DNA of 64,000 nt from NCBI GenBank assembly GCA_963821525.1, contig CAWGED010000005.1, positions 544,001 to 608,000 of the forward strand. The letters run 5' to 3'. Numbering within the stretch: the stretch's first letter is position 1; each line of letters starts with the position of its first letter. Under the pieces are notes generated by a model. That model had not been told where the DNA came from. It did no database searches and saw nothing but the letters and a program-made list of their open reading frames with translations. Below are positions 11,689 through 21,633 of this stretch, piece by piece. The DNA is from an uncultured Gemmatimonadales bacterium. GTDB lineage: Bacteria; Gemmatimonadota; Gemmatimonadetes; Gemmatimonadales; GWC2-71-9. The position numbers and the translations under genes are program-made.

Positions 11689-12581
11689 GCGACCGCAGCC
11701 TCTCTCTTGCCCTGGTGGGGCTGGTCCTCCTCGTGATGCTTCCGGCGCTCCGGCCGGCTCCGGCGGCCGGCGGTCACCTCCTTATCGTGGGCGGAGGGGA
11801 ACAGCCGCCGGAGCTGGTGTCGCACTTCGTCGAGCTGGCCGGTGGTTCAGGCAAGGCAAAGATCGCGGTGGTGCCGATGGCGAGCTCGGAGCCGGTGGAA
11901 ACCGGCAAGGAGAAGGCCGACGAACTCGCGGGGCTCGGGGCCACCGTAATGGTGCTCAACCTGAATCACGATCAGGCAATGAGCGATTCCGTGGCGCACC
12001 TGCTGGACGGTGTGACCGGAGTCTGGTTCACCGGAGGAGATCAGGCCCGGGTCACCCCGGTGCTGCTCGGAACCCCGGCTCTTCGGGCGATAGAGGCGGT
12101 GCGGGAGCGGGGCGGCGTCATCGGCGGCACGTCGGCCGGTGCCGCGATCATGTCGGACTCGATGATCACGGGGAACCAGTATCGCGCCGGCGTCGACACG
12201 GTCGGCTACTACGACGACGAGTTTCCTACGATCGGGCGGCGGACGATCGAGGTGGTTCCCGGCCTCGGATTTCTGCACGGGGCCATCGTGGACCAGCATT
12301 TCATCCGCCGGGAACGGCACAACCGGCTGTTGAGTGTCGTGCTCGAGCGGCCGACGCTCGTCGGAGTTGGGATCGACGAGAGTACCGCGCTCGAGGTGGA
12401 ACCGGACGGCCGCTGGGAAGTGCGCGGGGCCGGAAGTGTGATGGTGTACGACGCGCGCCATGCCAGAATCACTCCCGCCGGCGCGCCACTCCTGGGAGCA
12501 TCGGGAATTCAGGTCGCTGTGCTGCCGACCGGCAGCCGGTTCGATCCGCAGAGCGGGACGGCGGTGCTGGCCCCTCGGTAA
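11685..12581 (+). CDS. cyanophycinase-like peptidase S51 with N-terminal signal peptide
   Basis: LLIVGGG, FTGGDQ, catalytic GGTSAGA, DQHF...R, GIDESTA; hydrophobic N-terminus. Confidence 0.88.
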   Translation: MSDRSLSLALVGLVLLVMLPALRPAPAAGGHLLIVGGGEQPPELVSHFVELAGGSGKAKIAVVPMASSEPVETGKEKADELAGLGATVMVLNLNHDQAMSDSVAHLLDGVTGVWFTGGDQARVTPVLLGTPALRAIEAVRERGGVIGGTSAGAAIMSDSMITGNQYRAGVDTVGYYDDEFPTIGRRTIEVVPGLGFLHGAIVDQHFIRRERHNRLLSVVLERPTLVGVGIDESTALEVEPDGRWEVRGAGSVMVYDARHARITPAGAPLLGASGIQVAVLPTGSRFDPQSGTAVLAPR

Positions 12582-12626
12582 TGTTTGCTTCGCTGTACTG
12601 ATTCACCGCAAAAAGGAGGTACTACG

Positions 12627-15600
12627 ATGCAGGTTCGAGGGAGTCTGATGGCAGGCTTGTTCCTCGGTCTGGTCCTGGCGGCTGGCGCCGCTGTACCCGT
12701 CGCGGCACAAAACGCGACCGTGCACGGCGTGGTCACCGATTCCGCGACCGGCCGGAACCTGGAGGGCGCGCTGGTGTCGATCGCCGGCACCCAGATTCGC
12801 ACCCAGGCCAAAGCGGACGGAAGCTTTGCCTTTGCGCAGGTCACCCCCGGGGTCATCACCCTCCGGGTGCAGATGATCGGATACAATCCCGCCGAGCAGC
12901 AGGTAACGGTGCCGGCGACGGGTGATGTGACGGTGAGCTTCGCTCTTGGGGCCAAGGCGATCGAGCTGCAGGAGCTGGTTTCCGTCGGCTACGGTGAGGC
13001 GGCCAGGAGCGACCTGACCTCCGCCGTGGGCTCTCTGGATGGCGAGGGCCTTACCAAGACGGTCGCGGGCCTGGATGCCGGCCTGCAAGGCAAGGTCGCC
13101 GGCGTTCAAGTGCTCCAGAACGCGGGCAATCCGGGCAACGGCATCTCGATCCGGGTCCGCGGATCCGCCTCGATCTCGGCGGGGAACCAGCCGCTCTACG
13201 TGATCGACGGCGTGCCCATGATCTCCGAGGACTACTCCCAGCTGGGCCTGGGCGGTCAGGGCATTTCTGGCGTGTCGGGGATTTCGCAGAACGAGGTCGA
13301 ACGGATCGACGTGCTCAAGGATGCCGCGGCGACCGCGATCTACGGTTCCCGGGGCTCCAACGGCGTCGTCATGATCACGACGAAGCGCGGTAAGGCACAG
13401 AAGGCCCAAGTCACCCTGGACGCCTACACGGGCCCCCAGGTGGCGTCGCGCCGGCTCGACATGATGAACTCGACCGAATACCTCACGTTTTTCAACGAGG
13501 GTGCGGAAAACGACGGCTACGGACCTAACTATCTCGGGGTGGTCGGTGTGGACGACAAGATCAACACCGACTGGCAGGACGCCGCGCTCCGTGAGGCCCC
13601 GGTGGGCAGCATCCAGCTCGCCGTGGCGGGTGGGGACGATCGGCTCCGCTACCGGGTCTCCGGTGACATGTTCGACCAGCAGGGAATCGTGATCGGTTCC
13701 TCCTACCGAAGGCTGGCCGGCCGCATCAACCTCGATTTCAACACCAGCGAGAAACTGTCCTTCAGGTCGTCTCTAGCCGTTTCCGGTGAGAACAACCAGC
13801 GGATCGAGAACGACAACAGCATCACCGGTATCATCACCGACGTGGTGGGCAACGCGCCGATCTTCCCGGTCAAGAAGGATGATGGAACGTTCTTCGGCCC
13901 GGGCGACGACTTGCCCAATACCGGCAACACGCTGTTCATCGACATGCAGTATCCCAACTCCGTGGCGCTGGGCACTCTGAATACCGCCGAAGCGCGCACC
14001 ACGCGGATCATCGGCAACCTGGAGGGCAACTACCGCTTCGGCGGGGGATGGGGCTTCACCTCGCGAGTCGGGATTGACATGCTCGACGTGAAGGAGACCC
14101 AGTTCGAGTCGCCAGACATCAGCGGGACTTATGCCGCGAGCGCGGGCGGTGTCGTCAAGCGGAGCTACTCCGCCGGAAACCGCTACGTCTTCGACAACTT
14201 CTTCAGCTGGGACCGGACCTGGGACGGGCGCCATCACGCCCTGACCGCCACGGCCGGCAACAGCATCGAGTACACCAACAACGACCTCAACTTCATTCGG
14301 GGTGAGGGACTGGCTGACCCGAAGCTGACCGAGGTACGTAATACGACGATTCCGACGGTATTCGACGGGACCGAGTCCCGCTCGACCCTCGTGTCGTTCT
14401 TCGGCCGGGCCAATTACTCGCTCAACGACACCTACCTGCTGAGCGGAAGCCTGCGGACCGACGGTTCGTCCCGGTTCGGTCCCGACTCACGCTGGGGCGT
14501 GTTCCCAGCGGTCTCCGGCGCGTGGGTCATGACCCGGGATTTGTTCAAGAATTCAAGCTGGCTCGATGAACTGAAGCTCCGCGGCAGCTGGGGTCTCACC
14601 GGCAACCAGCCCTCCGATCTGTATCCGTACCAGGGAACGGCGGGGACTTCCAACTACGGCGGCACACCCGGGCTGGCAAACTCCTCGCTTTCCAACCCGG
14701 CGCTCAAGTGGGAAAGCACGGCGCAAGTCGATATCGGGGTCGACCTCACGCTCTTCAAGGGTCGCGTCTTCCTGACGGCGGACTGGTACAAGAAGAACAC
14801 CCAGGACCTGCTCCTGGCACGTCCGATCAGCAACACCAGCGGATTCACCACGGTGTTCGACAACGTCGGGGACATGACGAACAAGGGCTTCGAGATCGGA
14901 CTCGAGACGGTCAACATCCAGGCCAAGGACCCGAAGGGGTTCAACTGGAGGACCGGGCTCAACCTGTCGATCAACCGCAACGAAGTAACCAAGCTGGCCA
15001 ACAACGAGCCGTTCAGCTCCTACGTCAACCGGGTGCAGGTCGGGCATGAGCTGGGCGAGTTCTACATGCTCAAGTTCCTCGGCGTAGATCCAGCCACCGG
15101 CGACGCGATCTTCAAGGATGTCGATGGAGACGGCGTCATCACCTCGAACGACCAGACCTTCGTGGGCAGCCCCCATCCCGACTACAGCGGCGGCCTGACC
15201 AACGAGTTCACCTGGAAGGGAGTGGACCTGAGCTTCCTGATGACCTTCAGCCAGGGCAACAAGATCTACAACGACATGCGGACGTACAGCGCGTCGGGCG
15301 GCTATTACTTCGACAACCATTTCAAGGACCAGCTGAAACGGTGGCAGAAGCCCGGCGACCAGACCGACGTCCCCCGGGCCAGCTACGACGGCGTGTCCGG
15401 CGCCTATGGTGATCCTACCAGCCGATTCCTCGAGAACGGATCCTACCTGCGCATGCAGGAGGTCACTATGGGATATCAGTTCCCGGAGAACTGGGCAGCC
15501 GGCGTCAAAGCCCGGAGTCTCAGACTCTATGCCGGAGTGCGGAATGCGTTCGTCATCACCGATTACAGTGGATACGATCCTGATGTGAACAGCGGAGGGT

Positions 15601-15686
15601 CGTCGACCAACGTGTCGCTGGCCAACGACTTCTATGCCTACCCGCAGGCGCGGACCGTCATCCTCGGCATTCAGGCGGGGTGGTGA
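12627..15686 (+). CDS. SusC/RagA-type TonB-dependent outer membrane transporter
   Basis: LQGKVAGV, PLYVIDGVP, VLKDAAATAIYGSRGSNGVVMITTK, LKWE and YPQART. RBS AAGGAGG upstream. Confidence 0.95.
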   Translation: MQVRGSLMAGLFLGLVLAAGAAVPVAAQNATVHGVVTDSATGRNLEGALVSIAGTQIRTQAKADGSFAFAQVTPGVITLRVQMIGYNPAEQQVTVPATGDVTVSFALGAKAIELQELVSVGYGEAARSDLTSAVGSLDGEGLTKTVAGLDAGLQGKVAGVQVLQNAGNPGNGISIRVRGSASISAGNQPLYVIDGVPMISEDYSQLGLGGQGISGVSGISQNEVERIDVLKDAAATAIYGSRGSNGVVMITTKRGKAQKAQVTLDAYTGPQVASRRLDMMNSTEYLTFFNEGAENDGYGPNYLGVVGVDDKINTDWQDAALREAPVGSIQLAVAGGDDRLRYRVSGDMFDQQGIVIGSSYRRLAGRINLDFNTSEKLSFRSSLAVSGENNQRIENDNSITGIITDVVGNAPIFPVKKDDGTFFGPGDDLPNTGNTLFIDMQYPNSVALGTLNTAEARTTRIIGNLEGNYRFGGGWGFTSRVGIDMLDVKETQFESPDISGTYAASAGGVVKRSYSAGNRYVFDNFFSWDRTWDGRHHALTATAGNSIEYTNNDLNFIRGEGLADPKLTEVRNTTIPTVFDGTESRSTLVSFFGRANYSLNDTYLLSGSLRTDGSSRFGPDSRWGVFPAVSGAWVMTRDLFKNSSWLDELKLRGSWGLTGNQPSDLYPYQGTAGTSNYGGTPGLANSSLSNPALKWESTAQVDIGVDLTLFKGRVFLTADWYKKNTQDLLLARPISNTSGFTTVFDNVGDMTNKGFEIGLETVNIQAKDPKGFNWRTGLNLSINRNEVTKLANNEPFSSYVNRVQVGHELGEFYMLKFLGVDPATGDAIFKDVDGDGVITSNDQTFVGSPHPDYSGGLTNEFTWKGVDLSFLMTFSQGNKIYNDMRTYSASGGYYFDNHFKDQLKRWQKPGDQTDVPRASYDGVSGAYGDPTSRFLENGSYLRMQEVTMGYQFPENWAAGVKARSLRLYAGVRNAFVITDYSGYDPDVNSGGSSTNVSLANDFYAYPQARTVILGIQAGW

Positions 15687-15728
15687 ACCATGACTACTCA
15701 TACTAACGCGACCGCTCGGCGGACTCCG

Positions 15729-17066
15729 ATGATGAAAAGGCTGATACTTCCGTTGCTGCTGGTAGTCTTCGGACTCACGGGATGCGACAGCTTCCTCGAC
15801 GAGCAGCCGAAGGACCAAGTGCCGTCGGAAGGCGCGATCACCGACCTCCCGTCGGCGCAGGCGTTCCTGGCCGGCGCGTATGCCGGGCTTCAGGAGGACA
15901 GTTACTACGGTGGTGACTTCGAGCTCTTTGGCGACCTGTCTTCGGACAACGCCCAGGACATCGGCACCTTCAACTCGTACAAGGATGCCCAGAGGCACAA
16001 CCTGCAGCCGACCAACGTCTCGATCACCGACATCTGGTCCGCGATCTACATCGCGATCGCACGCGCCAACACTCTCATCAACGACGTGCCGGGTGTTGTA
16101 ACGATTGCCCAGGCCGACAAAGACGAGATCGTGGGCGAGGCGCTTGCCTTGCGAGCCTTACACTATCACAACCTGGTCAAACTCTTCGGAGGAGTGCCGC
16201 TGGTTCTCAAGGAGCCGGGGAGCGTCGAGGATGCCAACAGCGTGGTCCGTGCCACGTCGGATGAAGTCTACGCCCAGATCCTGAGCGACCTCCAGCAGGC
16301 GGAGACGCTCATCAGCAACCAGACGGGGCCGACCAACACCGCGACTGTCGGTGGCGCCAAGGCGCTGCTCGCGCGGGTCTACCTGTACCAGGGGGACTAC
16401 GCCAACGCCCTGGCCAAGGCGGATGAGGTGATCGCGCTGGCGCTACGATCTCGATCCGGTCTATTCGGATCTGTTCCCCAGCGACGAAAACGACAGCGTC
16501 GAGGACATCTGGAAGGTGACTTTCACCGATGTGCAGTACAACTACATGTACTACTGGTGGTCGGATCCCCAGGGCGGTGGTGCCGAGTTGGCACCGACGG
16601 CGAACCTGGTCGCCGCGTATGATCCGAACGACGTCGCGCCTGGCGTGGAATGTCTACATCCCGACTCCCGACGACACCTCGGGTGGGAAGTACCCGACCA
16701 CGGCGGGTGCCGAGGACATTCACGTGATTCGTTTCGCTGAAGTATTGCTGATCAAAGCGGAGGCCCTGGCGCGGCAGAACCAGCTCAGCCGCCGCGGTTG
16801 ACGAGTACAACAAGATCCGGGTGCGGGCCGGTCTTGCTCCCCACGTACTCGGGGTTGACGTGACCACTCAGCAGGAAGTCCTGGATGAAATCGATCTGCA
16901 GCGGCGGCTGGAGTTCTTCGCCGAGGGCGACCGGTGGCCCGACCTGGTCCGCACCGGCCGCTGGCAGCAGGTGCTGCCCGGTGTGCCGTCGTACCAGACG
17001 CTGTACCCGATTCCGCAGAGTGAAATCGATGTGGCAGGGGGTCTGGTGCAGAATCCGGGGTATTAG
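15729..17066 (+). CDS. SusD/RagB-type lipoprotein (frameshifts at about 16440, 16635 and 16790)
   Basis: Lipobox LTGC, GEALALRAL, FGGVP, AKALLARVYL, RFAEVLLIKAEA, RRLEFFAEGDRWPDLVR, QNPGY. Confidence 0.92.
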
Positions 17067-17085
17067 TCCGTAGCAGGCAACACGC

Positions 17086-17122
17086 GACGCCGGGATGGCC
17101 GAGTGGCTGTCCCGGCGTTGTT
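17086..17122 (+). terminator. hairpin terminator after susD
   Basis: gacgccgggatggcc-gagt-ggctgtcccggcgtt followed by gtt. Confidence 0.6.
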
Positions 17123-17213
17123 GCGTTCACTGGGCTCTGGCAGAAGCGGCCGCGGAAGAACGCATGAACGAAGAAGAGATGCAGTCTGTCGAACGTCCGC
17201 TTGTGGATGCCTG

Positions 17214-17447
17214 AAAAGCTTACCGCGGAACACGCGGATAACGCGGAAGCACGCGGATGGGAATGGTTGTACTCGGCAGTAACTGATTTCTTCTCGTGGG
17301 TGGACCTTTAAAAGCTTACCGCGGAACACGCGGATTCACGCGGAATACGCGGAAAAGAGCACTGTTTGTTTTGTGTACCACACGAACGAACAGAAAAAGA
17401 ACAAGAACACTCCGCGTGTTTCAGCGTTATCCGCGGTAAGCTGTTTC
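17214..17447. repeat. nonamer-based (acgcggaac-like) palindromic element, family A copy 1
   Basis: aaaagcttaccgcggaacacgcggat occurs at about 17214 and 17310, with the inverted arm ccgcgtgtttcagcgttatccgcggtaagctg at about 17412-17444. Confidence 0.8.
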
Positions 17448-17510
17448 GATCCCTTCCAAGTAAACGTCGGAATGGCTCGGTACTCGGTACCCGGTACTCG
17501 GTACTGTAGG

Positions 17511-18122
17511 CTACTCGTTCGATTCCTGCATGAAGGGCTCAAACACTATATCCACGCTGTATCCCTGCGGGGCGAAGAGGCCGGTGAGCAGCTGGCGGGC
17601 GCCTTGTTCCGCGTGCGCGACCACCGCCATGTCCCGCGCGGCCCAGACCAGGTGCTGCCGGGCGAGCTGGAAGATCGTGTCGCGGTCGGCCGGCCGGAAC
17701 GGATTCCAGAGGCCGCGGCTCTCGTCGTAGATCTTGAGATCCTGGATATCCACCCCGACCAGCCGGGCATGGGGCAGACTGAGCGAGATCCGTTTCGCCT
17801 TGTGGTCGATATTGACCCGGGGCGGGTGCTGGAGATCGAGACCCACCAGGGCCTTGCCGGTTACGATAACCAGCGAGCGCTTGGTGGACCCCAGCCGGGT
17901 GTTCTCGTAGACGATCACATCCCGCACCGTGGCTTCGGTCGTGACCACCTTGGCCACGGTCTTGAGCTGCTCGACCACGACCGACTGATCGACCCGGGTC
18001 CTGCTCTGGAGCAGTGAGGAGGTGCGACTCAGCGTGAGCCCGGCGAGGACGCCGAGGATGAGCAGCACAAGCCCCGCGACGATCAGGCCGACGTGGCCGA
18101 TCGCGCGGGGTTGGTTGTCCAA
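17511..18122 (-). CDS. DUF4230-like membrane-anchored protein
   Basis: N-terminal TM helix, GKALVGLDL, SLPHARL and AEQGARQLL pattern. Probable TTG start at 18122. Confidence 0.7.
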   Translation of the reverse strand: MDNQPRAIGHVGLIVAGLVLLILGVLAGLTLSRTSSLLQSRTRVDQSVVVEQLKTVAKVVTTEATVRDVIVYENTRLGSTKRSLVIVTGKALVGLDLQHPPRVNIDHKAKRISLSLPHARLVGVDIQDLKIYDESRGLWNPFRPADRDTIFQLARQHLVWAARDMAVVAHAEQGARQLLTGLFAPQGYSVDIVFEPFMQESNE

Positions 18123-18129
18123 AGGCGTG

Positions 18130-18457
18130 CTACCTGAGATAGAGGAAGAGCCCGACACCAGCCGCAATGGCGCCGGCGACGGTGACCACGTCCTCGTCAA
18201 TGATCAGTCCGGTGACGAGGGCGGCGGCGCCAGCGATCATGAGGGCCGATGCCGGTTCGCTTGCCCGCCCGGGCGACAGCGACCGTCGCAAGGTTCGCCG
18301 ACTGCTCCGGAGGGGTAGTAGCCGGCCGCAGTGCCGCGGCCGCCTGAAGGTTCTGCACCGATGGGCCGATCAGACCGGGTCCCTGGGTCTGGGCCACGAC
18401 GGGACCCGAGATCAGGCTCAATGAAAGCGCAGAAATCGCAATGAATGCAGCGCGCAC
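18130..18457 (-). CDS. hypothetical exported or membrane protein (frameshift near 18245)
   Basis: RBS AAGGAGG, GTG start and signal peptide. The C-terminal hydrophobic hairpin MIAGAAALVTGLII...GVGLFLYLR lies in a second frame. Confidence 0.65.
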
Positions 18458-18486
18458 ATTTCCTCCTTTAGTGGCGCAGGGTGGGT

Positions 18487-18738
18487 TCAACGTTCGGCGG
18501 CCTCGATCAGTTTGCGAGTCTTGGCCAGATAGGCATCGTAGGCTTGCCCCCAGAGTCCGGAGAAGCGGGACTTCTTGGGGAGGTTCTGAATGGCTTCGAG
18601 CAAGGGTCGCAACACCGGGTCGGCATAATCCTGGGCTTCGACATCCCGCAACACTTCACTGCGGGGAAGCTTCCCCTCGGAAAACGCCCGGGCGCGCTTG
18701 GCAATCTCGTGCCGCCTGGCGGTGACGTCGGACGTCAT
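18487..18738 (-). CDS. hypothetical protein
   Basis: 83-aa ORF co-oriented and packed with its neighbours. Confidence 0.55.
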   Translation of the reverse strand: MTSDVTARRHEIAKRARAFSEGKLPRSEVLRDVEAQDYADPVLRPLLEAIQNLPKKSRFSGLWGQAYDAYLAKTRKLIEAAER

Positions 18739-18748
18739 GGAATGGATC

Positions 18749-19135
18749 TCATTCTTCGGTGTGATGCACTGTGAAGAGCATTTCGCTCGCCATCGTCGCG
18801 CGCACCGTGAGCGGTACGCCCGGCGCCAGCACCACCATCTGTCCCGCGGACACCTGATGCGTGGAACCGTCGGCCGTGACGACCAGCCGGCCGACCAGGG
18901 CGTGGATGGTGACCACTCCCTCGGTCTCGTGTTGTCTGAGGTGACCCTCGGGCTCGAAGAGGTAGAGCACCACGGTCACCTGCCCGTGGCGGAACAGCGC
19001 GATCTGCCGGTGCCCTTCGACTGCGGCGTGCGGTTCGGCCCGCAAGCGCGCAGCAGCTTCCTTCAAGTCGAAGAGCTGGGCCGGATCGCGGAATCGATCC
19101 TGAGGGTGGGGGCGAAGCCGTTCGGGAATGGTCAT
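18749..19135 (-). CDS. cupin-domain protein
   Basis: LRQH...G.VTIHALVG.L...GQMVVLAPGVP cupin pattern. Confidence 0.8.
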   Translation of the reverse strand: MTIPERLRPHPQDRFRDPAQLFDLKEAAARLRAEPHAAVEGHRQIALFRHGQVTVVLYLFEPEGHLRQHETEGVVTIHALVGRLVVTADGSTHQVSAGQMVVLAPGVPLTVRATMASEMLFTVHHTEE

Positions 19136-19245
19136 TACACCTGACCGGTTCGGACGTGAGTTGAGTACCGAGCCGGAGGGATGGCCTGCCCTCCAGCCGG
19201 ATTGAAGCTAGGTGAAAAGTGGGCGGGAGGGAACTGACAGCCTGG

Positions 19246-19554
19246 CTATGCCGGGTCTGGCGCGTAATTCTGGAAAGGGTCGGTGAGCATCCGCTCCTGC
19301 TTGCCGCTCTGCTCAAAGACGTGAACCAGTTGGACCTCCTCGCCGACCCGCTTCACCCGGCTTTCCAGCAGCTTCAGCTCGGGTTTGTCCGCCAGGCCAA
19401 GCTCATTCAGCCGCTCCGCCTCGGCCTTGCAGATGGCACCAGGAGTCGGGGTGGGGCGAGGGTAGGGGTCCTCGTGATGGGCTACCAGCGCGCGCCAGTG
19501 CTCGTCGCCCGCCCGCTCGACCGATGCGCGAATGTCTTCCCGGGTAAATGGCAT
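19246..19554 (-). CDS. hypothetical protein
   Basis: 102-aa ORF with protein-like composition. Confidence 0.6.
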   Translation of the reverse strand: MPFTREDIRASVERAGDEHWRALVAHHEDPYPRPTPTPGAICKAEAERLNELGLADKPELKLLESRVKRVGEEVQLVHVFEQSGKQERMLTDPFQNYAPDPA

Positions 19555-19594
19555 GACAGCTTCTGAACGATCCTTGGCTACCTACTGAGCCCCC

Positions 19595-19800
19595 AAAAAG
19601 CATACCGCGGAGTACGCGGACAACGCGGAAGCACGCGGAAAAGAGCACTGATAATGTGGCTGATTCTGTGCTCGGCCTGTTCCGCGTTAAGCTGTTTCAG
19701 TCGTCCGTTCTTCAGCGTTGACACAACGAACATGCAGTACATCACAACATCATCTCCGCGTTCTTCCGCGCGTTTCCGCGTCGTCCGCGGTAAGCAGTTT
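19595..19800. repeat. nonamer-based palindromic element, family A copy 2
   Basis: aaaagcataccgcggagtacgcggacaacgcggaagcacgcggaaaagagcactg ... ccgcgtcgtccgcggtaagcagttt. Shares cgcggaaaagagcactg with the copy at about 17349. Confidence 0.8.
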
Positions 19801-19805
19801 GGCCC

Positions 19806-19967
19806 TCAGGGCAGATACTCCGCCGCCAGGCGCCCGGAGAAGTAGACCCCGATCCCGCTCCCCACGGTGCTCAGAATGAAGGCGGTCATGAAGCCGAACG
19901 GGGCTCCGATCCACCACCCGACCGCCCCACCCACCGTCGCCCCGACCAGCCAGACGATTCCTTTCAT
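19806..19967 (-). CDS. small two-helix membrane protein (53 aa; not in ORF track)
   Basis: Manual translation MKGIVWLVGATVGGAVGWWIGAPFGFMTAFILSTVGSGIGVYFSGRLAAEYLP, with GGAGG upstream. Confidence 0.75.
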   Translation of the reverse strand: MKGIVWLVGATVGGAVGWWIGAPFGFMTAFILSTVGSGIGVYFSGRLAAEYLP

Positions 19968-20158
19968 ATAACCGGCCTCCGGGCCTGGTCTGGGCCCGAA
20001 TCAGGGGGGGACTGCCATTTCGGGGTGGGGGTCCTTATATTCACTTCGACGTATGACATAGCCTTCGGGCCCCGGGGAAACAGAGCAGACCGGGTGATGA
20101 ACCTGCCAAGAACCATCGTCCCGGCTGGTGCAAACGCACTGGACCGGGCGTTGTGTTT

Positions 20159-21618
20159 CTACTCCCGGCGAAGGAGCAGTTCCTTGATCGCCCCGGCCGG
20201 CACGCCGTAGACAATTCTGCCGTTGCTTCCCTTTTCTCCGCCATACACCAGCCCGACTACCATTCCCGCCCGGTTAAAGATCGGGCTCCCGCTGGATCCC
20301 TGCGCGCCGTAGCTGTCGAGCTGGATCAGGTCAGGCAGGGTACGGGACACCGTCCCCAGGGTAAGGGTCGCTGCGACGCCCAGCTGGCGCCAGTCTGCCC
20401 CCTTCTGAAGGTCCAGGCCCGAGGGGGAAGCCGAGGACCGCGACCGGCTCCCCTACTTCGGCCCTGCTCGTCGCGATGCCTTTCACCACCGGAATCCCCC
20501 GGCGCACCGACGTCTTGAGCAGCGCCACGTCGGCCTGGTGGCCCACCGCGACGACGTCAGCCCGGAAATTCTGATTCGAGCCGTTGAACACGACGCCGAC
20601 TTTCTCCGGGAGGCGTCCCACCGAATCGACCACGACGTGACGATTGGTGACCAGGAGTCCTCCGTTGGCATCGGATTGAATCGCGAACGCGGTGCCGGTG
20701 AAGCTCCGCCCACCGGGGAACTGCACGAACACGATCGCCACGGCATCCTGATTTGCGGCTGCAATGGCAGCCCCATCGAGCGCCGCCACCAGGGCGAGGT
20801 TTCGCTGTTGCTGGGTAGCTGTCTTGAGCTGGGCTTTGAGCTGCTCGATCTCCGGCCCGGTTGCGCCTGAGGCATTGATCCTCTGCTTCAGCCGCTCGGC
20901 TTCCGCCTTCGCCGAGTCGAGAGCGCCCTGCATTGCCTGGGTGGTACCCGACACGGTTGCGATCTGGGCCACGAGGCTGTCCACCTGGCCCAGCAGGAGC
21001 TCGACGCTGGGCCACCAGCCGGCGCTCGTTGAGAGAATTGGACCAGAAGTAGGCGCCCGTCACGAGCAGCAGCATCGCGAACAGTATGTACTGCACCGTC
21101 CGATGCTTCTTGGTCTGCTCCTGTACCGCAATCTTGATCCTCGTGGTCGCACCGGCGCTGCCCGCTGTGGACCGCGGCATCTTGAAGGACCCCGGTGATG
21201 CGCCCTGGGGGATGAGAATCTGCTGGTGCGCGGGACCGGCCCCCGGGAAAGCGCTGGTCTCCATTACCGGGGGAGTGTGCGATGCAGGGAGCGCGCTCGG
21301 CGGCGGATCGGGAATCGAAGCGAACTCGACCCGCGGCCCCGAGGTGCCGAACTGGATGATGTCCTTGGAGGCCAGGACGTGATCTCCAGTCAGGCGCTGG
21401 CCGTTGACCAGGGTGCCGTTGGTGCTCCCCAGGTCGCGCAGTACGTAGAGTTTTCCGGCCAGGGTGATGGAGGCGTGGCGGGCGGAGACATCGAGGTCCT
21501 GATCGGCGTCGAAGCGCAGCTCACACTGCGGGTGGCGCCCGACCAGGATGAAGGGCTGACTCAGGACGTCGATCTGACCGGCGCGACTTCCCGACAGGAT
21601 TGTGAACTGGGCCTTCAC
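20159..21618 (-). CDS. FHA-domain / TM / coiled-coil / trypsin-like serine protease (two frameshifts)
   Basis: FHA motifs VGRH, VSARHA and DLGSTNGT. Protease triad TNRHVV, ADVALL and GSSGSP. Confidence 0.85.
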
Positions 21619-21633
21619 CGGCCTCCTGGCGGC

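Noticed and set aside
14553..15998. Long antisense or alternative-frame ORFs (also 2607-3998, 37338-38933, 45644-47179, 29818-30939)
   Set aside because: These are shadow ORFs of well-supported genes, expected in high-GC DNA.
17150..17510. CRISPR array
   Set aside because: There are only two direct copies plus an inverted arm, built from nonamers, with no regular spacers and no cas genes.
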